NCBI GenBank assembly: GCA_013239625.1
Contig: MU054098.1
Location: forward strand, 744,001-808,000
Direction: 5' to 3'
DNA length: 64,000 nt
Origin: Lama guanicoe
Taxonomy: Eukaryota
Shown here: positions 1 to 13,407 of the stretch, piece after piece
How positions within the stretch are numbered: the first letter of the stretch is position 1
Layout of the letters: every line of letters begins with the position of its first letter
The notes under the pieces: generated by a model
Database searches by the model: none
Seen by the model: only the letters and a program-made list of their open reading frames with translations
What the model was told of the DNA's origin: nothing
Made by a program: the position numbers and the translations under genes

Positions 1-2875
1 TTACAACTATGTCCCTGGAATCACTGGTGATGAAAGTGATTGCCACGGAAGGTGGGGTAGGAGAGGAATTTTAGAGATCAGTTACACAGTCCTTGGCAGA
101 GTGCCTTGCACAAAGTAGTCTCAATAAATAACAGGTGAATGGATGACTCCAGTTCACGTCCTCTTTTCATAGGTGAAGGAACTAAAGCCAAAGGGAAGAA
201 GTAATTTACTCAATAACATAAAGCTGACCAGTGGCAGAGCCCGGACGAGATACCAGAATTTCTAAGTCTTTAGTGATTTTTCTTTCTACAATACCCTTCT
301 TTGTATTCCGTCATTTCTACTGTTACATTGATCAGCTGTGAACTACAATCATCTCCATCCCTAGAACTTTGTCCATGTGATCACATGCCTGCAAGGCCCT
401 TTGGCAGAACAACTCTAGTCTCCATGTCTATTCACGTTGTCTCCGAATTCCCCCAGTGCTTACTGCCTGCACCACATATTTAGAATTTTAATACAAAGAA
501 TTACAGATTCTTTTGCAGTGATTCCATATGTATTTATTGTATCCTTAATATATTTGCATGCTCCTCTGGGTAAGGGACATTTGCTTATAGTTCTTTCCTA
601 TTTCTCAGCATGTAATTCTTAGATTATAGGTGCAGAAGAGATAGAATAAGCATGTAATGTAGCATCCATATTGGGACACTTTTGAGAGGCAGAGAAAGTA
701 TTCATATTTGCTCCATAAGTGTAAACTGTGATTATCCTGGACAATCTGGAATGTATGGTCTCTCTAACAATAGTTGACTTGTTCAACACATGTTCAATTA
801 GAATCATTCCACTGCTGATTGTACAATTGTCCAACTATGGGATACTGTTCACAGTTTACCTTATTACACTGAGTGGAAGTATTTCTAAAGTAGTAATCAC
901 TGAAAAATAGTAAACATTATGGAATTATATGTACCGAATACTTACATGTATATGTTGTATGTTTATAAGTTATTATGAATATTTCCACAAAATATTCATT
1001 TGTTGTCTTAAAGTTGTAAGAATAAAGTTAAGTGAAAAACTTCTGTTGGTCCAGTTTTAATCATTCCAATATTGAAAATGTGGCTAAGAGTGAAAAAAAT
1101 GGCATTCTCTCTCATTCTTTCCTGATGGTAAAATATGTGGGCTAGGTGAGGTGGGGTCTAAATTTGAAGTTTAAAAATAGATTTAAATTTAAACATGCTA
1201 TTCAAAAAAGTATCAGGACATCATAATTTTAAATTTCTTTTGGGGTAAATTATGGAGACATTAATAAAGGAAACAAGTAAAGTCCATGAGAAATTCATAT
1301 ACAACTAATGGCTGACTAAAATTTTATAGCATTTACCCACCATCATACTATATATTAATAAAATGAATCTTTACACTGATTTGTTAAGAAATAATCAAAG
1401 TTTTTTGGCACAATTTTCAATATATATATATGTATTTTTTTCTCTTCAGATATGTAACAAAGTTTCAGACATCCGAGACAGAATAGTCCATAGTTTCAAT
1501 TTATTAATATCGCCAAATTAGAAGTTTAATGATAAAAACTCCCTGCAGCAGAATGAATTTTAAGTACTTGAACAATGGCATTTACATCATCTGCTCCAGA
1601 TAGAAATTTGCTGTCTTGATAGTAACAAAAAACAAATAGGAAATTTAGATACACTGAGCCAACAAGAGGGTAACTGCAACAAGGAAAGAAGTATTTCCTA
1701 GATAAATTGCTTTTTCTTTTGCATACTACATTCTATACTAAATAACACTTCATTTAACTATAAGTAGATGTTTATCAAAAAGATTCATAGTCTTTATCAC
1801 AACTGTTTATATATTATAAGAGCATCTGAACAATCATAATTTTCCATCTTCAAAGTTCTAAATGAAATTAAAGTACACCAGCAGGGGGGAAAAAAGCAAA
1901 AATAATTACACGGGAAACAAAATAGAATGTTGCCCTTAGGAAAAATGCTGAGAACAGACATTATGTTGACAGATTCTCAACTACCCACATAGACTTCCAA
2001 GACAAGTCCCTAGACTACATTATTTTAAGAAATTAAGTTTAAAAAATCTATTTAAATGACTGTCTTCCCACATCCTGTTATCAGTGTAAAATGTGTGTAT
2101 GTGGCTTTGGAAAGACAGGGGAATGTTCAAATAGCATTTATTCTGCATTAAAATAATAAGAGGAAAAATTAAAATCTGCATCATTATAACACATTCATTT
2201 ATAAGGTTGGTAGGTCACGTGAACACCATCTTGCCATAAGTCTAGGAAAGACAATATTTATTTTCATTTTAAAAAGAGACCAATTTCTGGAACCTCAAGA
2301 CAAGGCCCATTTTCTACTCTCATTTTCTATTACCCACATACCTGATGGTTAAATTTCTTTTATCCTTGGTTCAATAGTGTCAATAAAGATGATGGTTGAA
2401 ACAACAATAATTTTTAAAAAATACTGTGTAAAAAAGTCCTTTCCTTGCCAATTGTCAGGAAAAAAGGTGTCATATTTTTATTGGGTTTTGTATTTCAATC
2501 AACAAGGATTTATTTAGTTTGATACATATTTTTCACTGATACATTTCCTCTCAATTGTCTGAAAATAAGAAAATTATAAGCTACAAGTTGTGTACATTAT
2601 TTTATAATGTTGGCCTAATTATCAGAACATAGCCATGACCTGAATTGAGACCTATGAGTCCAGAGTCCTTCCTGGCTGAGGACCCTAAAGACGTTTCCTA
2701 GGAAGTCAAGTTTACCATACATAATGTTAACACAAAAAAAGCGTGAGGTCTTCCTTTAAAGTAATTATTTTCACTTAAATAACTTATCATGAATTCATCT
2801 CTCACAAATTAATCTTTTCTGGATTTTAAATTAACTTTCCGTCTGTGTTTTATTTACCACATAAAACAGTGTCAC

Positions 2876-2971
2876 TTTTTTTTTTCTTTTCAAATGGAAG
2901 TACTGGGGATAAAACCCAGGACCTCATGCATACTAAGCATATGCTCTACCACTAAGCTATTATCCACCCCC
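2876..2971 (-). mobile_element. tRNA-derived SINE, camelid vic-1-like
   Basis: Minus strand GGGGGTGGATAATAGCTTAGTGGTAGAGCATATGCTTAGTATGCATGAGGTCCTGGGTTTTATCCCCAGTACTTCCA plus A-tail; A/B-box-like head; imperfect TSD cagtgtcac/cagtgccat. Confidence 0.85.
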
Positions 2972-3871
2972 AGTGCCATGTTTTATATGGTGCTAAAGCT
3001 ATAGTATTCAATTTTCTAGAGCATTCTTCAAGTTCTTGTTATAAGAATTAATGCCTACTTCATAGGTAACTTTATCCATCAGTAATCATTTATTGAGCAT
3101 CTATTTTATGCAAGGCACTGGACTAAGCATTGCAGTAACTACTAAGATGTATGAGAAGATAAAGTCTTTGCTTTCAAACTTAGCTAATAAGATAATAACA
3201 TAAATGAATACAAAAATGGGAAATTGGTCATTGCCAAACTGTGCGGTAATGGGAGAAATTCATGGAGCATTGAGTATTCAAAGGTATTACACAAGAAATA
3301 AGGGACTAGAAATAGCTCTTAAGTGTAGATCTGAATCATAAGAAATAATTGGAAAAGGAATTTTGTCAACAGTAGGTTTAAATAGACTGTTACAGTATCT
3401 ACAGGGAATGAGGAGGCTGAGGAAGGCTAGCCAGTCAGAAAGTTGCTAGGAATGTGGGGCAAATAAATACACAGGAGTCAACATCTGCGGGATAATTGTA
3501 ATCTCATTTTTGCCACTAGAAGAAAACAACTTATCTCTCCTGTCCCACTAACAATGAGCACTTTGCCAGGGAATTTAAATGAATTTAATCCATAATGTAA
3601 TCAGATCAGTTACTTAGATCATTCCACTAGTGTCGGCTTTATTTTATGGACTAGGATACCGAGTCTAAGACGGTTAATGTGAGTTGCTAAGAGTGACACA
3701 CCCAGCAATAATAATGATAATAATGCAGTAAGGGTTATAACATTTACTGCGTACCTGCGGTTGAGCTGATACAGACATGGGCACCTTTATCTAGTAGTAG
3801 CAGATTCTGAGCTGCTTGCTTTGTCTCTTCACCCCTTCATTTTCCTTAGGCACGGTCCCAGGGCCCAGGTG

Positions 3872-4001
3872 CTATGTATCCCCCTGCATGCAGGAGTAGC
3901 CCACAGCATGACTCTCCCAGCTTTGTTGGGGGGATTTGCTTTTGCACTGCTCGATGCCCATTTGGTCAAGGAGGAGCCCAATGGGTCACTTGCCAGTGCT
4001 G
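3872..4001 (-). ncRNA. SNORA35: H/ACA box snoRNA SNORA35 (HBI-36/MBI-36), intronic in HTR2C intron 2
   Basis: Minus strand CAGCACTGGCAAGTGACCCATTGGGCTCC...CAGTGC-AAAAGCAA-ATCCCCC...GGGGGAT-ACATAG. It has two hairpins (GCACTG/CAGTGC and ATCCCCC/GGGGGAT basal stems), H box AAAGCA (3942-3937) and an ACA box 3 nt from the 3' end. Sequence and host position match recalled human HBI-36. Confidence 0.94.
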
Positions 4002-4149
4002 TAGATAGTGGAGCTGGAGTTGGGACCCTGTGCTTTGTGCCGAAGAAATATCTTGAAGGAGAGGGTGGATAGGAGACCTGAAACATCTCAGGATCCATTG
4101 CTTCATTCACTCAGTGTGGCTACTATATACATGGGTCAGCTTCAGGGGA

Positions 4150-4385
4150 AGGAAATGTGAATCTAGACTCAGGCAGGTCTGGGTTCAGAATCCCAGCTCT
4201 GTCACTTGCTAGCTGTGGAAACCTGGAAATTCATTTAAGCCCCTTTGATCTATGTTTCCTCATATGTTAAATGATCAATAATAACCACTTTATAGACTGT
4301 TGACTGTTGTGAGAATTAGAAATAACTTGCAGAGTTCAGTCCAGTACCTGATATTAGTAGATGTTCAATAAATAATAACTATTGT
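4150..4385 (+). mobile_element. MIR SINE
   Basis: MIR core CTGGGTTCAGAATCCCAGCTCTGTCACTTGCTAGCTGTG...TTTCCTCATATGTTAAATG...TCAATAAATAATAACTATT. Confidence 0.8.
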
Positions 4386-7300
4386 CACCACTAAACATCT
4401 CCCACATCACCAATGGTAATTCTCTTTTTCTTTTCAAATTACCATTTGTGAGGAAGTTGCTTTAAAGTTCTTCTATTTTTCAGTTAATAATTCCACATTT
4501 TTCTATTTGTCTTATAATTTTCCCTTACAAAAGCCAAGTTGCTTTATACCTAATTGTTCGTGTTGGCTTAAATGTTGACTACTACTATTTAAAATTGCCG
4601 AAAGTTTCCTGATGAGAATTTGTAGATCATGACCCTGCAAAAGACAAAGACACATTTTTCTGTGTATCTGGAAGGAACTCACATTCTCCCAAATGTACAA
4701 AACAGAAAACTATCCATTTGATGTGCTTCCCATTTCTTCTCCTGGTTATGACTAAAAATGTGTCACTTCAAGGAGCCATTGGCAAATCATCATCACTACC
4801 TATTGATAAAGGTCATTGATAACATTCTATGAACCAACTACTACTCTAAATGTAGAGTTTTCCTATTTAAAGAAAGCCTTTCTATACCCCTTCTACTTTT
4901 GCCCTAGCCTATGATACCCCCTTGGATGCTCAGCCATCCTGGAATTCTAAAAATAGTCTGACCTTAAGTGCATAGGACTGGATTAATTATAATCCTTGGT
5001 ACATGAATCACCATTATCATCTTATCAAACATGGCTCCATTGACAAAATTAATTATCAATCAAAAACAAAAACAATGCATTGATTTACATTGTGAATATT
5101 CAGTTTTAGGAAATAATGCAAACATTTTTTCCCTCAAGCATTTGCACAAATGTATACTTCTGCCAGTAATGCGTAAGAGATCTGATTGATTCACATTCAC
5201 ATGCCCACAGACTTTTAAAATTTTATCAACACAGCAGGTAGAAATGTTCCATTTTCTTCTTGCCTGACCTCCCTAGATAAGGAAGTTTCAACCAAAGTTG
5301 AGGTTTAGAACATTTCCTAGGCACTTGAAACAGAATGGAATCAAATATGAGAACTTTCTCAGTAAAAGAGAACTACAGGTGATATACTAGGTCCTTGTTG
5401 GTTAAAGGTTTTTAGAAATGAAGAAGAAAACAATTTAAAAGTAAGCAGTACCTAATTTAAGAGTAGAAAAAAGTGCACTCCCCAAATTAAACTGCATATA
5501 GAGGCTTATCTGCAACTCATAAAAGAACATATTTTTCCTGCCTAAAGTTACAGAATAATGGCAAATTGAAGAGAAAAATGTGAATTCACACTTGTTTCTA
5601 TTTTTCCAACAAAGGAGACATTTCCAAACTGCTGGTTAACTGGTTAGAATGGATATTCTAACTGGTTAGAATTTTTGAATGTGCAGACTATTTGATGGTT
5701 ATAAATACAAAAAGATGGAAAATAACATGCAACAAATTACTTCTTAATTTTGAGTTTTAATAGTTCACATTTCTTTTAGAAAGACCATTCGTTTATGAAG
5801 TTGTGGTTCCACTTAATTCATCATTTAGAATAATACATGGTTCTTATTCCACAATTTTGAAAAGCAGTTGCTGTTTCCCAGAGTAATTGTTTTATATGTA
5901 ATATGGCTGCAATGGTATTAATGGTAAATCATAATATTACTTCCAATATCCATACTCATCAAAACGCAATGCTGTAGTAGGGATAACTCACCTAAAAGAA
6001 ATTTAGTCAAGGTTTTTACTTTATCAGTGGCAGTCATTCTTTCTCTGTCTTTGGTGATGTGCCTGTTCTGTGATGTTCTGTTTAACCATGGCCCAATAAC
6101 ATAATGTACTTGCCAAATATTAATTGCAACAATAGCATTTAACGCCTCGTTTTTGTGTAAGAGGGGCATGTCTAAATAAACAAAAGTTCCTTAGTATAAA
6201 GATATGAAGATGAAAAAAATTCAGCTTTTCTTAGGCGTAAGATAGGTACTACTTAAATACTGCTCCAAAAAGGAGAGCAAACTTACTCTATTTAATTATT
6301 TACATCAATTTTGGATACATGAAGCATTAGAGAAACATTTCTGCTGAAAAGTTAACTACTGGCTTTATTAAAATCTTGATATTATAAGTCATGACTAATT
6401 GATGCAGACCAGCGAACCAAAGTCGTTTGCAGAATCCAAAAAGCTTTCAAATTTTTACCTTCATTTATCAATGCTGTAAGGATAAGTTACCAGGCACTTA
6501 AGATCTATAAGCTTTACTTTCAGACCAGCACTGTGATCTAATGATAAGGTACTCCATCTGTGGTCAATGCAGATTTTTTCTCAAGATAACTATACATTGG
6601 ACAAAAAACCAAAATGTCTTTCTTTTGCTTACTTTTACTAATATTCTTCTCAAAAATTTAATTGGTCAACCAGCAAATATTTATAGAGTACCTATTACAT
6701 ACAAGGTATTTATGTGAGTGCCTGGATAGGGCATAAAAAGACAAATAGATTACTTAATGAGATGAAAAAGATAAAGATGGAAAATATATATACAGTCCAT
6801 TCCAATATATAAGCTCATTTCTTGAAGATTCTCCTGGGGAAATGTGGGCTTCATTGATTCCTCCCTTTTGTACCTGTATAATCTTTATTGCTTAGAGTAC
6901 ACTATTTGGCTCTTTGTAACATTCTGCCTTTTTTGTTTGTGTTACCATAATGCATCTTATCTCACCAATAGCATTATGAGCAACCTGAGATGTCATAGAT
7001 CTTAACCAAGAGTTACCTGCAACCTCCATCGTAATCCCTGGCATAGGGCGGAAGGCATAGTAATTCTCCATAATTGTTTTGGTTAATTAATCTAATATTC
7101 AAAGGTATATTATCCAGATAACTTAGTCTACTCATTGCTTATTCTAACCTCCAGGACTCAAATGAAAGGGAAAAAAGTAAAATTCAGTGTATCACCATCA
7201 ACTACTGGCTGTGGACTCTTCTATTAGTCAAATGTGTACAGCAAGTTGTGGGAAAGCAGAATGACTTAGAGTAATAAATATCTTTTTCCTGTGAGGGGGT

Positions 7301-8769
7301 ATTTTGATATGTTAATTGTAGTGTTTTGCTTTTTAAAAATTAGGTTACATCATTTTTAGTTCTAATGCAAACTTAATGCACTACCTATTAATATGCAGAG
7401 TCAAAAATAATGATCTTGAATTTATATATTTTTCCCAAAAAATAAACTGAGAACTTTATGTTCTCTGGGGCATGATATCATAAAGTATAATGAAGGCAGC
7501 GTTACTGGATCTGTATTCTGCCAGCTCTTACCATCCAAATTGCCACTGACCTTCCCCTGAAGGCTTTAGAGAGCCTCGCTACACTTTTCTCTTCCTCTAA
7601 TTCAGTGAATATTCCTTCTCACAGCTGTAACTTTGCCATAGGGAATCTCAATCAGTCAATTGTGGGAGCGGAGGAAAACATTCTTTTTAAGTGGCAGAAT
7701 TCAATGTTAGATAGCAAACATAAAGAAAGTTGTTTGGGAACAAGTCATGGATTAATTGTGTGGGATATACAGAAATTAAAATACAGATCAAATTTGTTCC
7801 TTCTGTTTCATTTGATTTGGTTCTTGGGAATCTAACATACAAATCAATTCCCTAAGCTTATGAATACTGAGAAGTGATTATCTTAATTCAACTTTTCCTA
7901 AAAGGTTGTCTAGATAGTAGATGATCAGATTTTAAAAGTTGTGGCTTGAAAAAACTTTCACCACACCAGAGTCTCAAACATCTGAAAATGACCCTAGCAT
8001 GACATGACTCTATATTCACCTGGTGGTTGGGGATGTTTGTTACAGGTGCAATAACTGGGGGGCACAACACCAAAGCACCAGAACTGTGAGACAAAGATGG
8101 GAGATCCAGTCTCAGATTTCTAAGTACCTACAGGAGTTTCTCTTTAGAAGAGCTGCTATAAATATTACCAAAATCTCTTAATCAGCGTCTTCCTCTATCT
8201 TTTCCATGTTTCTCTCACTTTTTCTGTCCCACCTTATTTTGTTACTGACTATAACCCAGTAAAGTCACAGGCCCCATTAGCTCTAACTCATTCAATGCTC
8301 ATTGGTTTCCAACCTTCTCATGAAACTCCCCTTCCCCTACCACACACACATGAAGGGCTCTTCCTCCTGCCCTCTCCACACTCCAAATTCAACTCTATCT
8401 TCAATGCTGAGCTCAGAGGCCGCTTCTTATACCTTGTTACACCACAAGCGAATCTTACCCTTTGTTCACTTGCTTTCCCTCATTGGATTTATAGCTTTCT
8501 TTCCCTGAGCTAGCTTTTCACTGATAAGCTTTCAAGTAAACATTTCCCCCCCCATTGAATTACTTTCTTTAAAAATGTACTTTCTTATATTGTATGTCAA
8601 TTATCTCAATTTAAAAAGAGAATATCATCAGAAACAAAACTGAACTAGAGACAAATTTCTAGAAGAAAGAACTTGTTGTATTCGTACTGACAGGTGCATC
8701 AGAGATGAGGAAGGTGTCAGCATGGAAGATACCTAAGATGGAAGTGGAAGCCATAGAGAAACTTCCTAG

Positions 8770-9190
8770 TCACCCGTCTACTAGATACCACCCTACGGGC
8801 ATCTTAGAGGCAACTCGAATTCAACATGTCTAAACTCGTCTCTGTCCCCTCCCCTAAATGAAACTGCTCCTCCTCTTCCTGTATACCCCATCTAAGCAAA
8901 ATGTGTCACATATCACTAAGTGTGCAAGCCAGAGACCTGAGAGTCATCCTTGACTCTTCCTTCTCTCTTACAATTCACAACCAATCACCAAGTCCTGCTC
9001 CTCAAATAGGACAACTCCTGTCAAGTCCCATTCCACCCATTCCACCATGCTGTCTGGACATGCTGTCTTCACTTCTTTACGTCCCACCCCCTCCAATCTG
9101 GCTTGTCCCCACTGCTACACAAAAACTCTTATCAAGATCACCAATGATTTTTCTGGTACCAAAACCAATGAACATTTCTCTGATCTCATA
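8770..9190 (+). mobile_element. L2 LINE fragment
   Basis: Typical L2 segments such as CAAGCCAGAGACCTGAGAGTCATCCTTGACTCTTCCTTCTCTCT. Confidence 0.65.
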
Positions 9191-12094
9191 AATTACAGTT
9201 TTGGCAAGAAACAGAATTTATTTTATAAATAAATTCCCTATACACCTGAAAATGTCAATTCCACAGAAAAGTCTAAATCTTCTTTAACCCATGAGTTATA
9301 ACCCCTTCACCAAATTCTTTTCTAGAGCAGAAAAAAAAAAAGTACTACCTAGCTCTGCCTTTATTTGACAAATTTGGAGGACACTGAAATTTTAGGTTTC
9401 TTGTGGATGCTAAAGATACGTGGTCATTTTTTTTTTCGTTTTAGAAGCAGAGGCTACTGTTAGACAATAACATAAAGATCTGTTTGTAAACTGAAAATTT
9501 GGCTTACCCTTTAAAGGCACAAGGAGTGCCAAACTCATGAAAATGAATATTAAGTAAAGAAAAGCACCAAGGAGCAAACAATGTAAGGAAGGTGTGCTGT
9601 ACTTAAATGTTAGCACATCAAGTACCAAAGTCAATTTCAAATATAGTTTTACAATGCAAAGTGTAATAAAGACTAATTCATTTATGCATTTATACCCTGG
9701 GGAACATGATGTGTTTTGTTAAAATGAATTTGCAGAGATAAGTGTATATCCAATTTAAAGGAAGCTTTCTTTGCAGAAATCTAAAGATATAAAAATAATA
9801 AATAATAATGGAAATGAGTCATTCATTCACACGTTCATCCAACATTTATTGAACACGTTTATAGAGCACTTCCTATTATCAGTAAACATTGCTTCAACTA
9901 TTAAAAGACGGTGTTTAAACTGGGGCACAAATGAATGAATAATACTATTTTGTTAAATACACAAATACTTAGGAAATATCTGTACAAGTCCTTAGAGATA
10001 CAAACAGTAGGAAGTACTGGATGGAGCAGCAAAAAAAAACTCTGAAACTTTGAAGTATATGCTAAGTATTTCCGCCATGAACTCTTAACTTCCTGATTCC
10101 AGGCACTTAAACCAGTCATTTTCTAATCAAACATTTTCTGAAGTCAAACTGTCAAGTTCATTATCCAGGAGCATGCCACTAAATAATTAGAAGTATCAAT
10201 ATCTACTGTCTTAATTGGCCTCATTTAAAGATAAAAAGCATCCTTTAAGGAAAAGTTTGTATAATTTTGACATTTACTAAGTGTCTTCTATATGCTAGAA
10301 GCTTTAAGTGGGTTGTTTCATGCAATTCCTCCAGCAAATTTATATTATACTGACTTCCATGTTATTGCTGAGGCAAATAAGGCTTCAAGGAGTTAAGTAA
10401 ATGGCAGTAATACTAGTGACAATGATAGTAAAAAAGCAACAGTAGCTAATGTCTGTCTAGTATCTGGTACGTGCTGGGTACTTATTACCAGATGTGTGTA
10501 ATAGCACTTTTTCTTAGGTAAGTCCACAAGACTCAGGTGACTTTGGGTAGCTCACTTAAACCCTTGAGGCCTCATATATTAAGTATGAGTAATAATAACC
10601 ACTTTCAATGGAATGTTGTAAAAATTAAATGGAATAATTCACATAATTTTCACACTGTCAAATTTCAGCACATTGCCTTATATTGAGTAGGTACTCAATA
10701 ATTGATGCTTTATAACTATGTATGACATCTCTCCTCATTCGATGGGAAACTTGGTCACAGGTCCTTTGAATGTTAAAAAAATAATAACGCAGTTTTCTAT
10801 GTCTATGTTTGCTATTCTCCTAACGTCCATTAATAAAATCATGTTGCCTTTCCTCTCATGGTTAGTCAGTTAAAAATTACCTAAATTTCTGTTCAAAATT
10901 TGGGTTTTCCGTCTATTGTAGAAAAATTGAAACTCTCTGCTCTGCCTCCCATTTTTTTACCCCATGGTTATGACTAAGCTACAGCTACTAGTAGATACAC
11001 TCCTTGTTTTGGGGGAGATCTGGGTCAATAAGTGGTAGTAAAAATTCCCCATTTATTTGATTGTTTGGAGAATTAAAAAAAATTCTTGAAGTTTCTTTTG
11101 TATAATCATAAGTTCTCAGCAAATCATAATTCACTTCCAGCATTCCAAGGAAACATGATTCCAAACAACTGGGCAAAGTTCTTTTGGGAGGGATGAGATG
11201 GGAAATGGAAAGAGAATTGGAGGCAGAGAAAGAATTCTGAAAAGTATTTGGATTAAGTTAATTTTGTATTTGATAATCCATCTTTCCCAATTCCCAGCTC
11301 CAGTGTTTTTTTGTAATATTTCATTGTCTTACTCCCCTGCCACTTCCACAGAAACAAAAGAAACATCTTCTGTAAAACGTGTATGTTCATTGTGCCCCTC
11401 AGTGCGTATGCCTACTCTCTAGCTCATCAGCAAAGGCTGTCACACGCTGAGACATTTGTAGAGACCATCTTTTTAATCGTCAAGCCTCAGTTCTTAGCTT
11501 CCCTTTTTAGTCTGCTGTGTGCTTCGTAACAATCGACAAGTGGCTTGACGGCCTTGCTCTGCGATGCTCATTTGACTATTCATCAATGAGTTTGCAAACC
11601 CTGATCATTTATAACAATGCTTCCACAAAGCTTTCATATGAGAACAGTGTACAGTCACCTGAAGAGGGTCCTGACCTTTCAAATGTAGTTTTTCCCCTGG
11701 TTTCCTTAATAATTTCCGTTCTCTTTCTCCCAGGGGACCAGTCCTCTCTTGACATTCCAAAATGTGGAACTTAATAGCATCCCCCGCTTCTCATTCTGCA
11801 CGCTCACCTGACACCACTACTCACTAGAATTTGAAGCCATTTAAACATGCGTATAAGGAATCCCCATTTCCTTCGAGCCTTCTCAATCCGGAAGAGCTGG
11901 CTGTTCTCAGGACACACAGCTATGCTTTCAGTTTAGAGAACACTAATGCTGTTGCTTGCCTATATCTCTGTTGTTCACTGCTTCCCACTTCTCTGTCAGA
12001 AAAGCCTTATTTCTTCAAGGCTCAGCTCAATTGTAATCTTCTCTACAGAATCTAAGCTATCCTACACCGCCAGCCTCTAGCAAAGTTACCCATT

Positions 12095-12385
12095 GCTACT
12101 TTATGGCCTAGCAGAATGGTCAGTGTTTACATTTATATGGCTGGGGAAAAAATTAAAAGATGAATAATATATCATACTAAGTGAAAATTGTATGAAATTC
12201 AAATTTCAGGGTTCATAAAGTTTTCTTGGAACCCAGCCACACCCATACCCATTTATGTACACGTTGCCTATGGCTGACTTCATGCTACAACAGCAGAGCT
12301 GAGAAGTTGCAGGAGACCGTGTGGTCCACAACATCAAAAATATTTACTACCTGGCCCTTTACAGAAAAAATTTGTCAACTCCTGT
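12095..12385. mobile_element. MER58-family hAT-Charlie DNA transposon remnant
   Basis: Diagnostic AAAATATTTACTACCTGGCCCTTTACAGAAAAAATTTGTCAACTCCTG end and GGAACCCAGCCACACCCAT internal segment. Confidence 0.75.
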
Positions 12386-12389
12386 TCTA

Positions 12390-12557
12390 TTCCCTTGCTA
12401 CTCCAAATGCAGTCAGAGGACCAGCAGCATCCACATCACCTGGGAGCTTGTTAGAAACACAGACTCTGATTCCTTCCCAGACCTACTGAATCAGAATCTG
12501 AAGCTTAACAGGATCCCCAGATGGTTCTACCCATAATTTTTGTGAAACATTGCACTA
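12390..12557. mobile_element. MER5A hAT-Charlie MITE
   Basis: GACCAGCAGCATCCACATCACCTGGGAGCTTGTTAGAAA...CCCAGACCTACTGAATCAGAATCTG...TTAACAGGATCCCCAG. Confidence 0.85.
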
Positions 12558-13407
12558 ACACTCACCGTGCTGTCTTAAAATTGTTTGTCAATATTTTAAC
12601 AGATGAAAAAATGGAAACATGACTAAGATATTAAAATTATGAGTGATGGCAGATATATATAATTTAAAGCAAATTTGGGTCACTGAAAAACAGCAGGGTG
12701 CAATCCAGTGGGCTAAAAATAAAGGCAGTATGAAATTACAGCAGAAATGAGAAAGCTTAGTTAGCCAGGAGGAAATATAAATAAGAATTAAACCACTTAG
12801 CAATGTAGTCATTTAGTAGCAACACATTTCAGTTCTATTCATATATTATTCAATACACATTCTATATAGTCTATATATTCAAATATTCATAATTAAATTC
12901 AATATACATTAAATATATACATATTCTTTTTTAGTGTGAAATGTAAGCCCCATTATCCATAATCCTTAATACTTAACAGATTATGCTATAATTCATTGAA
13001 TTTGCTTATTTAATAATGCATAGCAGTGATATGATTTGGTTATGTGAATTTGAAGCTCTTGGTGCATGAAACAGGGCAAGAGACACCTATTCAATATCCC
13101 TGTTGGATCGTTTAACAATTAAAATATGGTATCAGGCATTTATAAGCGTCAGCTGCTGGTATAGCTAATATTACATTTAAAGTCATGGCAATATTTTTGC
13201 CGCTGTCAAAGTTAGTTGATAGCTCACAACTGCAAGCCTATGTTAAGGTCCTTGTAACTGATGGGTCTAATTTTTCACCAGGCTGCAATACAGATAGCTA
13301 CCACTGGGTGGGGAGGGAGTAGAAAAATAGCCTCTGCAATTAAACAACCACAGATTAACCAGCTCATAAAGTTACACAAATAACTTTAAAATAGATAATA
13401 CCTAATT

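Noticed and set aside
1878..1891. CCAGCAGGGGGGA CTCF-like motif
   Set aside because: Lacks the conserved C after the G-run and has no upstream motif.
2876..2971. tRNA-like sequence (also 24525-24655)
   Set aside because: A-rich tail, TSD and degenerate arms indicate SINEs, not tRNA genes.
1..3800. Expected HTR2C intronic miRNAs (miR-764, miR-1912, miR-1264)
   Set aside because: No match to the recalled miR-764 hairpin seen; by human gene order these should lie further into intron 2, beyond position 1.
3821..4110. 83-aa and 93-aa ORFs over the snoRNA
   Set aside because: Explained by the local GC-rich SNORA35 sequence; no coding exon structure.
5632..5672. Short duplicated/inverted unit TAACTGGTTAGAAT
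   Set aside because: Small local duplication with an 8-bp inverted repeat; no supporting context.
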